Source: an uncultured Planctomycetota bacterium
GTDB taxonomy: Bacteria > Planctomycetota > Planctomycetia > Pirellulales > Lacipirellulaceae
Assembly (NCBI GenBank): GCA_963719315.1
Contig: CAVRBU010000002.1
Span: forward strand, 64,001-128,000
DNA: 64,000 nucleotides
Direction of reading: 5' to 3'
Part shown: positions 9,362 to 18,266 of the stretch, piece by piece
Layout: each line of letters starts with the position of its first letter
How positions within the stretch are numbered: position 1 is the stretch's first letter
The notes under the pieces: model-generated
What the model saw: only the letters and a program-made list of their open reading frames with translations
Told to the model about the DNA's origin: nothing
Databases searched by the model: none
Program-made: the position numbers and the translations under genes

Positions 9362-9923
9362 GATGTCGAAGTGAAGTTTCCACTCCCGACTTCCCATCCC
9401 GCGTCTTATCCTCGATTCCGTTGCATCGACCAGCTTGATTATGCATTCATCTGCTGCACGCGTCGATGATAGCAGACCGCCGCAATATGCCTCCGGCCGG
9501 CGCGCTCATGAGGGCGTGTCATGCGTTACGACTGGCATCGCGCGCTCCTCGTTCGCCATGCTCCTAAGAACGTCCGCGGTCACACAACTCGCAGACCAAG
9601 TATTCGAACCTACGACCCTGAGGCAACGCACCGCGCGACATCAGCCCGTGGTCAATCCTCTAGGAAGTCTTGTTGCCGTAATGGCTGCGGAGAGCCGCAC
9701 AACAGTTGACAGAATTTCCCGTAAAAGAAAGAGACGACACTGATCGGTCGACTACTTGCGCCGATAGGCGTGCGACCGATAAGCGAGGCGGGGTACGATG
9801 ATTCTTATTGGGGTACAGAACTCGCAAAGGGGGATGTCTGGTTGAGACTTCCTCCTTTGGCGTCGGCTCAGTATAACTTGAGCCGCGTAACCTAAGTCCG
9901 CTATGGACCTGGATTTCCGAAAA

Positions 9924-10001
<78 letters not shown>

Positions 10002-10357
10002 TTGGGCGGCCGGGCAGTTTGCCCGACCGGATTCACTATTATTAGCGTAACTGCCGCTTGTCGGCAAGGTCCGCATTTGATTGTAGCACGACGGCAATTG
10101 CCGAATCTGCGATAAGCGTCTTAACTTGGTTTCGGCGTTTTTCGGCCGAGAATGGATAATGCCGCGCCGCGATTGGCTTAACTTGAGAGGCGCCCTGTAT
10201 AAGTGCCTTTCACATTTCCGCGCTTGTGGTTTGTCGTAGTTTTATAACTAGGGGATAGCGTATCGCCTTCTGATTTTTCACAGGAGGCGAAAAAATGAAT
10301 CAGAAAAAGAGCAACGAGGACTCCTGATAATCTGGAGCACTTGTTGAATCCCGCAAG

Positions 10358-12172
10358 TCATGCGCCTTGGCGGGCGAGCTTGCGGCGGTCGGATTCTTTG
10401 AGCACCTTCTTGCGGAGGCGGATTTTCGTGGGAGTTACTTCTAGTAACTCATCTTCCTCGAGGTATTCGAGCGCCATTTCTAGCGACATGATCCGAGGCG
10501 GCTTGAGCAGGATATTCTTATCGGTGCCGCTGGCCCGCATGTTCGTGAGCTTCTTTTCCTTGGTAGGGTTCACCGCCATATCTTCGTTGCGGCTGTTTTC
10601 GCCCACGATCATGCCTTCGTAGACTTCGTCGCCGGGTGCGACGAACATTTCGGCCCGCTCCTGCAGCGTGTCGAGCCCGTAGGCGACGACTTTGCCTGCT
10701 ATCATCGAAACGAGTACGCCATTCGCGCGGTCGGGGATGTCGCCTTCAAGGGGCGCATATCGCTCGAAACGATGATGGATGACGGCCGTGCCCTGCGTGG
10801 CGTTGAGCAGCCGCGTTCGCAGCCCGATTAGACCGCGGGCGGGGATAGAAAATACCACGTAAGTGTAATTATCGTGGGCCGTCATCTCGACGAGCAACCC
10901 TCGCCGGGCGCCGACGAGTTCCATTACCGGCCCCAGCTTCTCGTGCGGAACTTCCACGACCAGGCTTTCGAACGGCTCTTCCGTCACGCCATTCTTGTTG
11001 TGCAGCACGACGTGCGGCTTGCCGATCGAGAGTTCGTAGCCCTCGCGGCGCATCGTTTCGATCAACACGGAAAGGTGCAACACGCCGCGGCCGAAAACCT
11101 GGAACGAGTCCATGCTATTCATCGGCTCCACGCGGAGAGCGACGTTTCGCTCTAGTTCTTTCTGGAGGCGCTGGTTGAGATGCTGGCTGGTGACATACTT
11201 CCCCTCGCGACCGACGAATGGCGACGAATTGATGCTGAATACCATTTGGATCGTCGGCTCATCGACGGTGACGCGCGGTAGGGCGCGGCGTTCTTGCGGG
11301 TCGCTCACTGTGTCGCCGATAGTGACGTCTTCCAAGCCGACGAGCGCCGCGATGTCTCCGGCGGTCGCTTCCAACGCCGGCACGCGGCCGAGCTTATCGA
11401 ACAGATGAACGTCGGCGACTTTTGCAAGTGAGGATTCGCCGTTGTCCTGCATCAGCGCGATTTGCTGCCCAGGTTTAATGGAACCCGAGTAAATCCGGCC
11501 GACCGCGATGCGACCAACGTAGTCGGACCAATCGAGGTTCGTAACCAGCATTTGCAGCGGCGCGTCGGGGTCGATCTCCGGGCCGGGGATTGCTTCGAGC
11601 ATCAGGTCAAAAAGCGGTTTCATCGAATCGCCCGCTGCATCGGGGTCATCGGTGGCATAGCCGCCTTTACTGGTGGCGAAGATGTGGGGGAAGTCGTCGA
11701 GCACGTGCTCGCCGCCGAGATCCATCAGGAGCTCAAAAGCTTCGTTCAGTGTCTCGTGCGAGCGGGCATCGGGGCGATCGATCTTGTTCACGACGACGAT
11801 CGGCTGCAATTTGCATTCGAGCGCTTTCGCGAGCACGTACCGAGTTTGCGGCATTGGCCCCTCGGCCGCATCGACCAGTACCAGCGCACCGTCGGCCATC
11901 CGTAGCACGCGCTCCACTTCGCCGCCGAAATCGGCGTGGCCGGGCGTATCGATGAGGTTGATCTTCACGCCTTGGTAATGCACCGCAATGTTCTTGGCCA
12001 GAATCGTGATGCCGCGTTCGCGCTCCAGGTCGTTCGAATCGAGGATGCAATCGCCCACGAGTTGGCTGGCGCGGAACTCGCCGCTTTGGCGCAGCAAGCA
12101 GTCCACGAGCGTGGTCTTGCCGTGGTCCACATGGGCGATGATGGCGATGTTACGAACGTCGGAGCGGCGCAT
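10358..12172 (-). CDS. typA: Translational GTPase TypA/BipA
   Basis: [54 protein letters not shown]. Confidence 0.97.
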   Translation of the reverse strand: MRRSDVRNIAIIAHVDHGKTTLVDCLLRQSGEFRASQLVGDCILDSNDLERERGITILAKNIAVHYQGVKINLIDTPGHADFGGEVERVLRMADGALVLVDAAEGPMPQTRYVLAKALECKLQPIVVVNKIDRPDARSHETLNEAFELLMDLGGEHVLDDFPHIFATSKGGYATDDPDAAGDSMKPLFDLMLEAIPGPEIDPDAPLQMLVTNLDWSDYVGRIAVGRIYSGSIKPGQQIALMQDNGESSLAKVADVHLFDKLGRVPALEATAGDIAALVGLEDVTIGDTVSDPQERRALPRVTVDEPTIQMVFSINSSPFVGREGKYVTSQHLNQRLQKELERNVALRVEPMNSMDSFQVFGRGVLHLSVLIETMRREGYELSIGKPHVVLHNKNGVTEEPFESLVVEVPHEKLGPVMELVGARRGLLVEMTAHDNYTYVVFSIPARGLIGLRTRLLNATQGTAVIHHRFERYAPLEGDIPDRANGVLVSMIAGKVVAYGLDTLQERAEMFVAPGDEVYEGMIVGENSRNEDMAVNPTKEKKLTNMRASGTDKNILLKPPRIMSLEMALEYLEEDELLEVTPTKIRLRKKVLKESDRRKLARQGA

Positions 12173-12448
12173 TTTGGTAGACCCGACCGGCGGGCTGACG
12201 AAAATAGTCGACATAGGGCGGGCATTGCTGGCGGGTGAAGACTGGTGGCTGAGAACAATCGAAAGACCCATAATTCTACCACCTGCCGGCCATTTGTGAT
12301 ATGGCGATTGGCGAAGCGGCTTGCCCACATTGCGCAAACACTTGATATTGTTGTGCGACGAATTAAGCTCAACTGCATGGTGCACCTCGGCCGCCAGCGC
12401 GTCCGACTCCTCCACTATTTCACTGTGCACTAAAACGAGGATCTGGCT

Positions 12449-12874
12449 ATGCATTTCCGAGCGCTGATCGTTGCGGTGGGAATCTCCATGCTGCACGGCC
12501 CGACAGCATCTTGCCAATCGCCTCCGAATCAGGACAGCCGCAAGGAAGCGATCGTCAATCCGTTCGGTTCATTGCTTGGCGGCGACGTAATGCGTGCGGC
12601 CAACGATTTTCGCATGGGCAGCGAAGCGCTGGATCGCTTCGGCCGCGCGTTGGCGAGCATCAATTCGCGCGTGGCGGAAGCCATGGTTGAAATCAGCGAG
12701 AATCTGGCCGACGCGAGTACGGGATTTGATCCGTTTGGATTCAAGACCGCGTTCCAAACGATTCAGCGCCAAAACGAGATCCTCCACGAGCAAAGCGCGA
12801 CCATTCAAGAACTGCAGCAGCAGGAAATCCGGCGCCTCCGCAAGGAGCTGAAGCGCTCCAAACGCGGAACTTGA
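12449..12874 (+). CDS. Secreted hypothetical protein with coiled-coil tail
   Basis: Signal-like N-terminus; AGGA upstream; coding-like composition. Confidence 0.65.
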   Translation: MHFRALIVAVGISMLHGPTASCQSPPNQDSRKEAIVNPFGSLLGGDVMRAANDFRMGSEALDRFGRALASINSRVAEAMVEISENLADASTGFDPFGFKTAFQTIQRQNEILHEQSATIQELQQQEIRRLRKELKRSKRGT

Positions 12875-13039
12875 GCGAGTTGGCGGAATGCGATTGTCAG
12901 TCAGTTTTCCGACGCTTTTTTTACGTGCGAGCAGTAAGAGATCATGTGGTTGGCGTTTCTATCGCCGGCGAAGCCGTAGAATCGCATCACTCTATCGGCC
13001 TCGGAGAGGCCTCCCACAACTTGAGCGCGGCACGGGGAG

Positions 13040-13124
13040 GTAGGTCCCGCTTGCCGAGCGGGACCTTAATCTGTTTTGCAATTTGGTGAATTCGCGCAGG
13101 TCCATTCCGGCAGAAGGGACCTAC
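13040..13124. repeat. REPIN-like pair of GTAG-family palindromes in inverted orientation
   Basis: GTAGGTCCCGCTTGCCGAGCGGGACCT (13040-13066) and, on the minus strand, GTAGGTCCCTTCTGCCGGAATGGACCT (13098-13124). Confidence 0.7.
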
Positions 13125-13320
13125 CAGGATACTTCCCGGCGCGAACTTGCCGGAATAATCGGTATTTTTGTTTCAGGTGACTGCCATGTGGATTTCAAGT
13201 CCTTGGGTTAAATTTGTGCGGCGACGTACGGCGATCGGTCCACCGGCGAGGTGGTTTTTTTGAGGTTCGTGCAGGTCTCGGTCTTCAATCACGCGAGAGG
13301 ATTATCTCTGTCGTCTTGGT

Positions 13321-13449
13321 GATCACGTATCGCCGTACAGGTAATGCATAAGAGGGACGGCCCCGAACTGCCGTATCAGGCGGTGGTGATCCGACAGAGC
13401 GCCATGCACCTGAAAAGGCAGGAATGCCATAGGGCGTGAAGGCGGTGTC
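13321..13449 (-). ncRNA. Bridge/seek-type guide RNA of the IS110 element (target-binding loop plus donor-binding loop); true ends unknown
   Basis: Two consecutive stem/internal-loop/hairpin units whose loop strands match the flanking target and the element ends. Confidence 0.75.
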
Positions 13450-13464
13450 AATCCTCACACGAGT

Positions 13465-15042
13465 TCAGGACCGTTCCCTGTTTTCATTTGCTTGTGCGAT
13501 TCTTATATTCAAGCAGGCCAAGACAGCCGGCAATACGTCACCGATCGGCTTGGGGCCCTGTCGGCGACGCGTGTGCTGCTGCAGGACGTCCGCGACGATT
13601 ATCGCTTCATGGCTGCAAGTGTTATAGGGTAGTTGCCCAACAGCGGCTTCCAGGTCAGCCAACAAGACATCCATGGGTGTCTCATGCTCCTGATGAAAGC
13701 GACGCAGTTTGTCCAGTATAGAGTCGGGCTTTTGAAAGCATGAATGGCGCATCGGCTCGTCCCCGGCGACACAGGCCAGCGCCAAGCGGCTGAATCGCTT
13801 GGCGATCTTAACGCGACTGGCCCGCTTGTCGACGCCCCGGGCTATGTCCACTTCTGCCTGGCCGCGGTAATAATTGCAGTGACAAGCCAGGTTGTCGGCG
13901 ATTCCCATGAGCACGCAGCGCAGCCGACGATTGGCCTGGCGGATTAACTCTCCATTGGCGTTGTCCGTTTGATCGCTTTGATAACGGGACGGGAACAAGC
14001 CCGCGCGACCGGTGATGGCGTTCGCGTTGGCGTACCCTGAAATGGGTCCCATTTCTGCCGCTAACTCGGCGGCCGAAACGACGTTGATACCGGCGATGGC
14101 CATCAGGCGAATGTAAGGAGTCTGCACCACGTCGCCGGCAAGTTGTCGCTCCAAGGCAGCGATTTGCCGTTGAAAATGCTGATAGAGCTCGTACAGATCG
14201 GTCCAGATGGCATGGTGCATCGGCCCGTCTTGAATGGGATCGTCCGTCGCTTGCGTCGCCCAGGCGAGAACTTTGTCGATGGTGCGCAGCTGGTGGCGAA
14301 CCTTGTTCTTGCTCAGATATCGGCTCAAGCCATTCCGTCCAAGTTGGAGCAGTTTGGCAGGTGAGTCGCAGTGGACGGCGATCGGCAGTGCTGTAGGCGA
14401 TTCAAACAAGCCACTGAACAGCCCGGCATATCCAGGCATCGCCAGATGCAAGTGGTCGCGAATCTGGCAGGCCAGCGCGGCCGACTTCTGAACAAGGTCG
14501 CGGCGATGGCGTGCGCGTAGCTGCAGATCTCGATAAGGAGGTTCCAATTCCAGCTCACGCAGCCCAAAGCCGGCGACCGCAGCACGATGTTGTGCATAGA
14601 GGTCGTTTTCATCGGTCTTGTTGCCCGGATTGGCCGGCATTCGATACTGCTTGGTAGCGAACGGATGGACCACACGCGTTTCGAATCCGGCTCTGGCGAA
14701 GGCTCGCTTGGGAGGAAGATAGTAGTTTCCCGTTCGCTCAACCACGACGATTGTGTCCTGGATACCATGCCGCTGTTGCGCTTGTCGGATCATCTCCACC
14801 GCCACATTGAAGAAGACGCTTTGGTGCTCGACGGTTTGAGGTCCAATCAGCAGGTTGCCAAAGTAGTCTGCCATCATCCACTCCGATCGATGCTTGGCGG
14901 GATCGACACAGACGATGGCAAAGTGTTCACCACCTACTTTTTGGACACGTGGACTGATCATTCCACTCGGTTTTTGCAGCGACTGCCTGCGTGGCTTGGC
15001 TTTGTGCTGCACACGGCCGGTTCGTCTGACGTGGTACGACAT
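13465..15042 (-). CDS. IS110-family DEDD recombinase/transposase, 525 aa, with C-terminal extension
   Basis: VCVDPAK, VVVERTGNY, KTDEND (DEDD); IAGINVVSAAELAAEMG; AGLFPSRYQSD serine motif; GGAGA RBS. Confidence 0.92.
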   Translation of the reverse strand: MSYHVRRTGRVQHKAKPRRQSLQKPSGMISPRVQKVGGEHFAIVCVDPAKHRSEWMMADYFGNLLIGPQTVEHQSVFFNVAVEMIRQAQQRHGIQDTIVVVERTGNYYLPPKRAFARAGFETRVVHPFATKQYRMPANPGNKTDENDLYAQHRAAVAGFGLRELELEPPYRDLQLRARHRRDLVQKSAALACQIRDHLHLAMPGYAGLFSGLFESPTALPIAVHCDSPAKLLQLGRNGLSRYLSKNKVRHQLRTIDKVLAWATQATDDPIQDGPMHHAIWTDLYELYQHFQRQIAALERQLAGDVVQTPYIRLMAIAGINVVSAAELAAEMGPISGYANANAITGRAGLFPSRYQSDQTDNANGELIRQANRRLRCVLMGIADNLACHCNYYRGQAEVDIARGVDKRASRVKIAKRFSRLALACVAGDEPMRHSCFQKPDSILDKLRRFHQEHETPMDVLLADLEAAVGQLPYNTCSHEAIIVADVLQQHTRRRQGPKPIGDVLPAVLACLNIRIAQANENRERS

Positions 15043-15305
15043 GTTGGATTCTCCGTAATCGGGGAAAGTAAAGGTGCGGACCTGAACTTTCCCCACAGCA
15101 ATCCAAGCTGACGATCCTCCAGAAGAAGTATTTTGGGGATCTAAGCGTCATACCTGGGGGCGCGTCGGCCCCGTTTGTGGCTCTGCGTGTGACGTAGCCA
15201 ACCCTGTTCGCGCCGCGGCCTAGACTGCATAAGCAGCGCGGGGGGCCGCATACCACCCCGCATCTCACACGCAACGATTCGACGGCAAAAGAGCGGCGGA
15301 ATTCG

Positions 15306-16295
15306 ATGGCGACAGTAGTCAGCCCAGAATCGAAACTCGCACATCTGACGGCTGGGTTCATGCCCGTCCAGGTTGGCATGCTGCAGCGTCTGCATCGGAC
15401 TGCCGTCGACTTGTTCATTCAATATGAGGCCAATGCCGTTCCCGTTCTGTACTATCGTGCCGGCTGTGAGTTGGAGTCGGGCCAATCGGCGCGCTTGTTG
15501 GAGACCGGCGTTCGACAGATCTACGTTCGCACGGATGAGTTCAATCGGTTTGTGGCGCATCTGATGGAATCGATCGACGTGCAATCGGAGATCGAAACGG
15601 TGCCAGCCGCCGAGCGCTACGCGGCATTGCAGCTCGCGATGGCAGCGGAGATCGAACATGCGGCGAGGCTCATCGATTGTGGTCCGTTTGTCGCCGTGGC
15701 CGAAAAGCTGGGGCGAGAACTGACTTCGTTGTTGGCCGGAAATGATGTGCTGCCGCTCGATTTGTATCGGCTGGCACGGCACGATTTCAATACCTTCACG
15801 CACGTCACGAACGTGGCCAGCTACGGTGTCATTCTGGCCGAACGGCTGGGACTGTGCGACGGCAGCGAATTCGAATCGATGGCGAAGGCCGCCATTTTGC
15901 ACGATATCGGAAAACGATTTATTCCGGCCAGCATTCTTTCGAAGCCGTCCAAGCTCGACCCGGAAGAGCGGGCCATCATCGAGACGCATCCGCAGCGGGG
16001 ATACGAGGAACTATGTGATCGCAAAGATATGAGCGAAGCTCAACTCATGATGGTGTACCAGCATCACGAACGATTCGACGGCAAGGGATACCCGGTTGGT
16101 TTCCAAGGAGAAGAGATTCATCCTTGGGCCCGCATGCTGGCGGTGGTGGATGTTTTCGACGCGATGACCGGCACGCGCCCGTATCGCCGGCCGTGCTCGG
16201 CATTGGAGGCCATGGAATACATTTGCAAGAACGCGGGCACTCATTTCGACCCGGAGATGGTGGCATGTTGGAACTCGACCATGACCAAAAGCTGA
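15306..16295 (+). CDS. HD-GYP domain cyclic di-GMP phosphodiesterase
   Basis: LHDIGK, HP.RGY, HHERFDGKGYP, VDVFDAMT..RPYR. Confidence 0.93.
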   Translation: MATVVSPESKLAHLTAGFMPVQVGMLQRLHRTAVDLFIQYEANAVPVLYYRAGCELESGQSARLLETGVRQIYVRTDEFNRFVAHLMESIDVQSEIETVPAAERYAALQLAMAAEIEHAARLIDCGPFVAVAEKLGRELTSLLAGNDVLPLDLYRLARHDFNTFTHVTNVASYGVILAERLGLCDGSEFESMAKAAILHDIGKRFIPASILSKPSKLDPEERAIIETHPQRGYEELCDRKDMSEAQLMMVYQHHERFDGKGYPVGFQGEEIHPWARMLAVVDVFDAMTGTRPYRRPCSALEAMEYICKNAGTHFDPEMVACWNSTMTKS

Positions 16296-16642
16296 TCGAT
16301 GATCAATGGGAAGCGACTTCCGCGCGCGTGGAATTGTCAGAATCCATGCGACGCGAGTTTTTTACTGCGCATGGAGTCGGACCGATCCTATACGACAATC
16401 GGCGCTCGTTTCACCGCCATTTCATGCGGGGCAAAGCCGTGCTGAAGCGCGGGGAGACAATGCTGGGAGCATATACGAAAGACGTTTCTCGCAAAGGGGT
16501 CGCGTTTCTTTCGCCCGTGCCCTTGCTGCCGAAGGAACGCGTGAAGCTCCGCATGCCGTCCGCGGAGCTAAGCCTGGAAGTGACGCGCTGCCGGCGGCTC
16601 GAGCCAGCCTGCTTCGAATGCGGGGCTCGATTCGCGCTGTGA
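16265..16642 (+). CDS. PilZ domain protein
   Basis: RRSFHR (RxxxR) and DVSRKG (DxSxxG) motifs; overlaps the end of the HD-GYP gene. Confidence 0.8.
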   Translation: MLELDHDQKLIDDQWEATSARVELSESMRREFFTAHGVGPILYDNRRSFHRHFMRGKAVLKRGETMLGAYTKDVSRKGVAFLSPVPLLPKERVKLRMPSAELSLEVTRCRRLEPACFECGARFAL

Positions 16643-16717
16643 CAATATTACAAGCAACTAACATCAAATAGCCGCTAGGCAGTGTAAGACGCCAATCCGC
16701 CGCTCAATTCTCTTTGA

Positions 16718-18082
16718 TTATTGTGCGCCTGCGTCGTCGCTCGCGTTCTTGCCCGTCTCTTTCAGAAGCTCTTGCCATCCGATCGGTTGTGTCCACGCTT
16801 GTTGCCTTTGGTCTTTGAACGAGGGGTCGTCGGGTGCTTTGCTTGAGGTGACGACCGCGCGGACGTACAGTTCCTGGCCGGTTAGCTCGTAGGATGGCGA
16901 CGCACCTTCCACCGTGGCCAGGACCAGGCCAACGTCGTGCGAGTATTTTCTCGTCGTGCGGATTTGTTTGCCATCTTTGTCGAGCCGGGGCTTTGACTTG
17001 GCGTCGTAGCCGATTTTCGTGCCGATGAATTGCGTGGTGTATTTCACGTCCACTTCCGGCTCGATTTCGAGCTGCAGCCGCTTCGTATCCGCGTCGTAAC
17101 GCACGTCGCGAAGCGTGACACCGCTGGATGCGTAGAAGTCTCCGGCTTTGATCGCACGGATTAGCGTTTCGGCGTCGAGGCTCGCGGCGCGGACCATGAG
17201 CCAGCCGCGGCCGGGGTGGCTGCCGGGTTGGCCGTTGTAATAGTGGCTGTCGTCAGTCGCGACACCGTACAGCGGCGGGGCGTGGAAGTTTGCGAGGCGG
17301 AGCGTGTTGGCGATATCCCAGATTTGCTCTTCGCTGGCGTGTTGGGCGTCGCCCTGGTGGTGGACGCCGGGGTGGCCGTTGTAGACCTCGACGAACCGCT
17401 CGTGAATCACCGACGCGATTTCCTCGGCGGTGATGGCGTAGCCAAAATTGGGGTGGTTGAGGTGGATGAGCATCTCTTTGCCGGTGCGCTTGGACTGGGC
17501 TTCGGCGGCTCGGAGATTATTGTCGATCGCCTCGGCCACGGTTTTGCCGCCGGCAGGCTCGATCGCTTCCTGGATGTTCGCGACGTTCATGTGGACGGGC
17601 ACGCCCTCGGCGCGGTCGCTGATCTCCTCGCTCTGAATCATCAGGAACTCGCCCGGCTTTTCGACGAGCGTGCGAAACTCATCGAGCGGCTTGAGGCGGA
17701 CTTCGAATTCGGGCGTGCCGGGTGTGCCGCGGGTTTGAACCCAATCGTCACCGAACCGTGCGCGGTATTTTTCGAGGGCTTCTTGGTAGCCGCGCTCCTT
17801 GATCTTTTCTAAGCTCATCCAGCGGTCGCCCCGGCTGAGTACGTTGTGATCGGACAGAGCCAGGAAATTGTAGCCGTGCCGCACATACCAGTCGGCAATC
17901 ATTTCGGGAAAGTCATTGCCATCGCTCCACAAGGAGTGCGTATGGATGTTGCCGCGATACCAGCGCGAAGCGGGCGAGTCGGATTCGGCGGCCAGCGCCG
18001 GCGCTGGGTACGCCGCGAGCAAGCAATAGATAATCGGGGCAATCGCGCAGATAAATCTACAAGAAGCGTCGGAAATGGCCAT
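16718..18082 (-). CDS. Secreted PHP-domain metallohydrolase
   Basis: GNIHTHSLWSDG, LSDHN, NHPN, EVYNG, ATDDSH motifs; signal peptide. Confidence 0.8.
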   Translation of the reverse strand: MAISDASCRFICAIAPIIYCLLAAYPAPALAAESDSPASRWYRGNIHTHSLWSDGNDFPEMIADWYVRHGYNFLALSDHNVLSRGDRWMSLEKIKERGYQEALEKYRARFGDDWVQTRGTPGTPEFEVRLKPLDEFRTLVEKPGEFLMIQSEEISDRAEGVPVHMNVANIQEAIEPAGGKTVAEAIDNNLRAAEAQSKRTGKEMLIHLNHPNFGYAITAEEIASVIHERFVEVYNGHPGVHHQGDAQHASEEQIWDIANTLRLANFHAPPLYGVATDDSHYYNGQPGSHPGRGWLMVRAASLDAETLIRAIKAGDFYASSGVTLRDVRYDADTKRLQLEIEPEVDVKYTTQFIGTKIGYDAKSKPRLDKDGKQIRTTRKYSHDVGLVLATVEGASPSYELTGQELYVRAVVTSSKAPDDPSFKDQRQQAWTQPIGWQELLKETGKNASDDAGAQ

Positions 18083-18215
18083 AAGTTTGCGCCTGTGATG
18101 GTTCGTGGAGCCAATGGGCCGCAGTATGGAGTACGAAGTACGCCAAGCCCCATTAAATCACAGGCTGCACCAAAGTGGAACCAACTGCCAGGCGATTCCC
18201 AGCCAGCAGCGCAAG

Positions 18216-18245
18216 AAAACGGCCCGCCTCGAAGGCGGGCCGTTT
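18216..18245 (-). terminator. Intrinsic terminator after the 18267-20002 gene
   Basis: AAACGGCCCGCCT-TCG-AGGCGGGCCGTTTTC hairpin. Confidence 0.7.
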
Positions 18246-18266
18246 CACCATTTTTGGCGACTCGCG

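Larger units (their letters stand above)
13178..15156 (-). mobile_element. IS110-family element (about 1.98 kb) bounded by a CA core dinucleotide, with a long right-end non-coding region
   Basis: Core at 13178-13179 and 15155-15156 (TG on plus), inferred from guide matches in the internal ncRNA; no long TIR or TSD. Confidence 0.8.

Noticed and set aside
13040..13179. IS110 inserted into a REP, as IS621 does
   Set aside because: The inferred end is about 54 bp from the REP-like pair and the guide segments do not match it.
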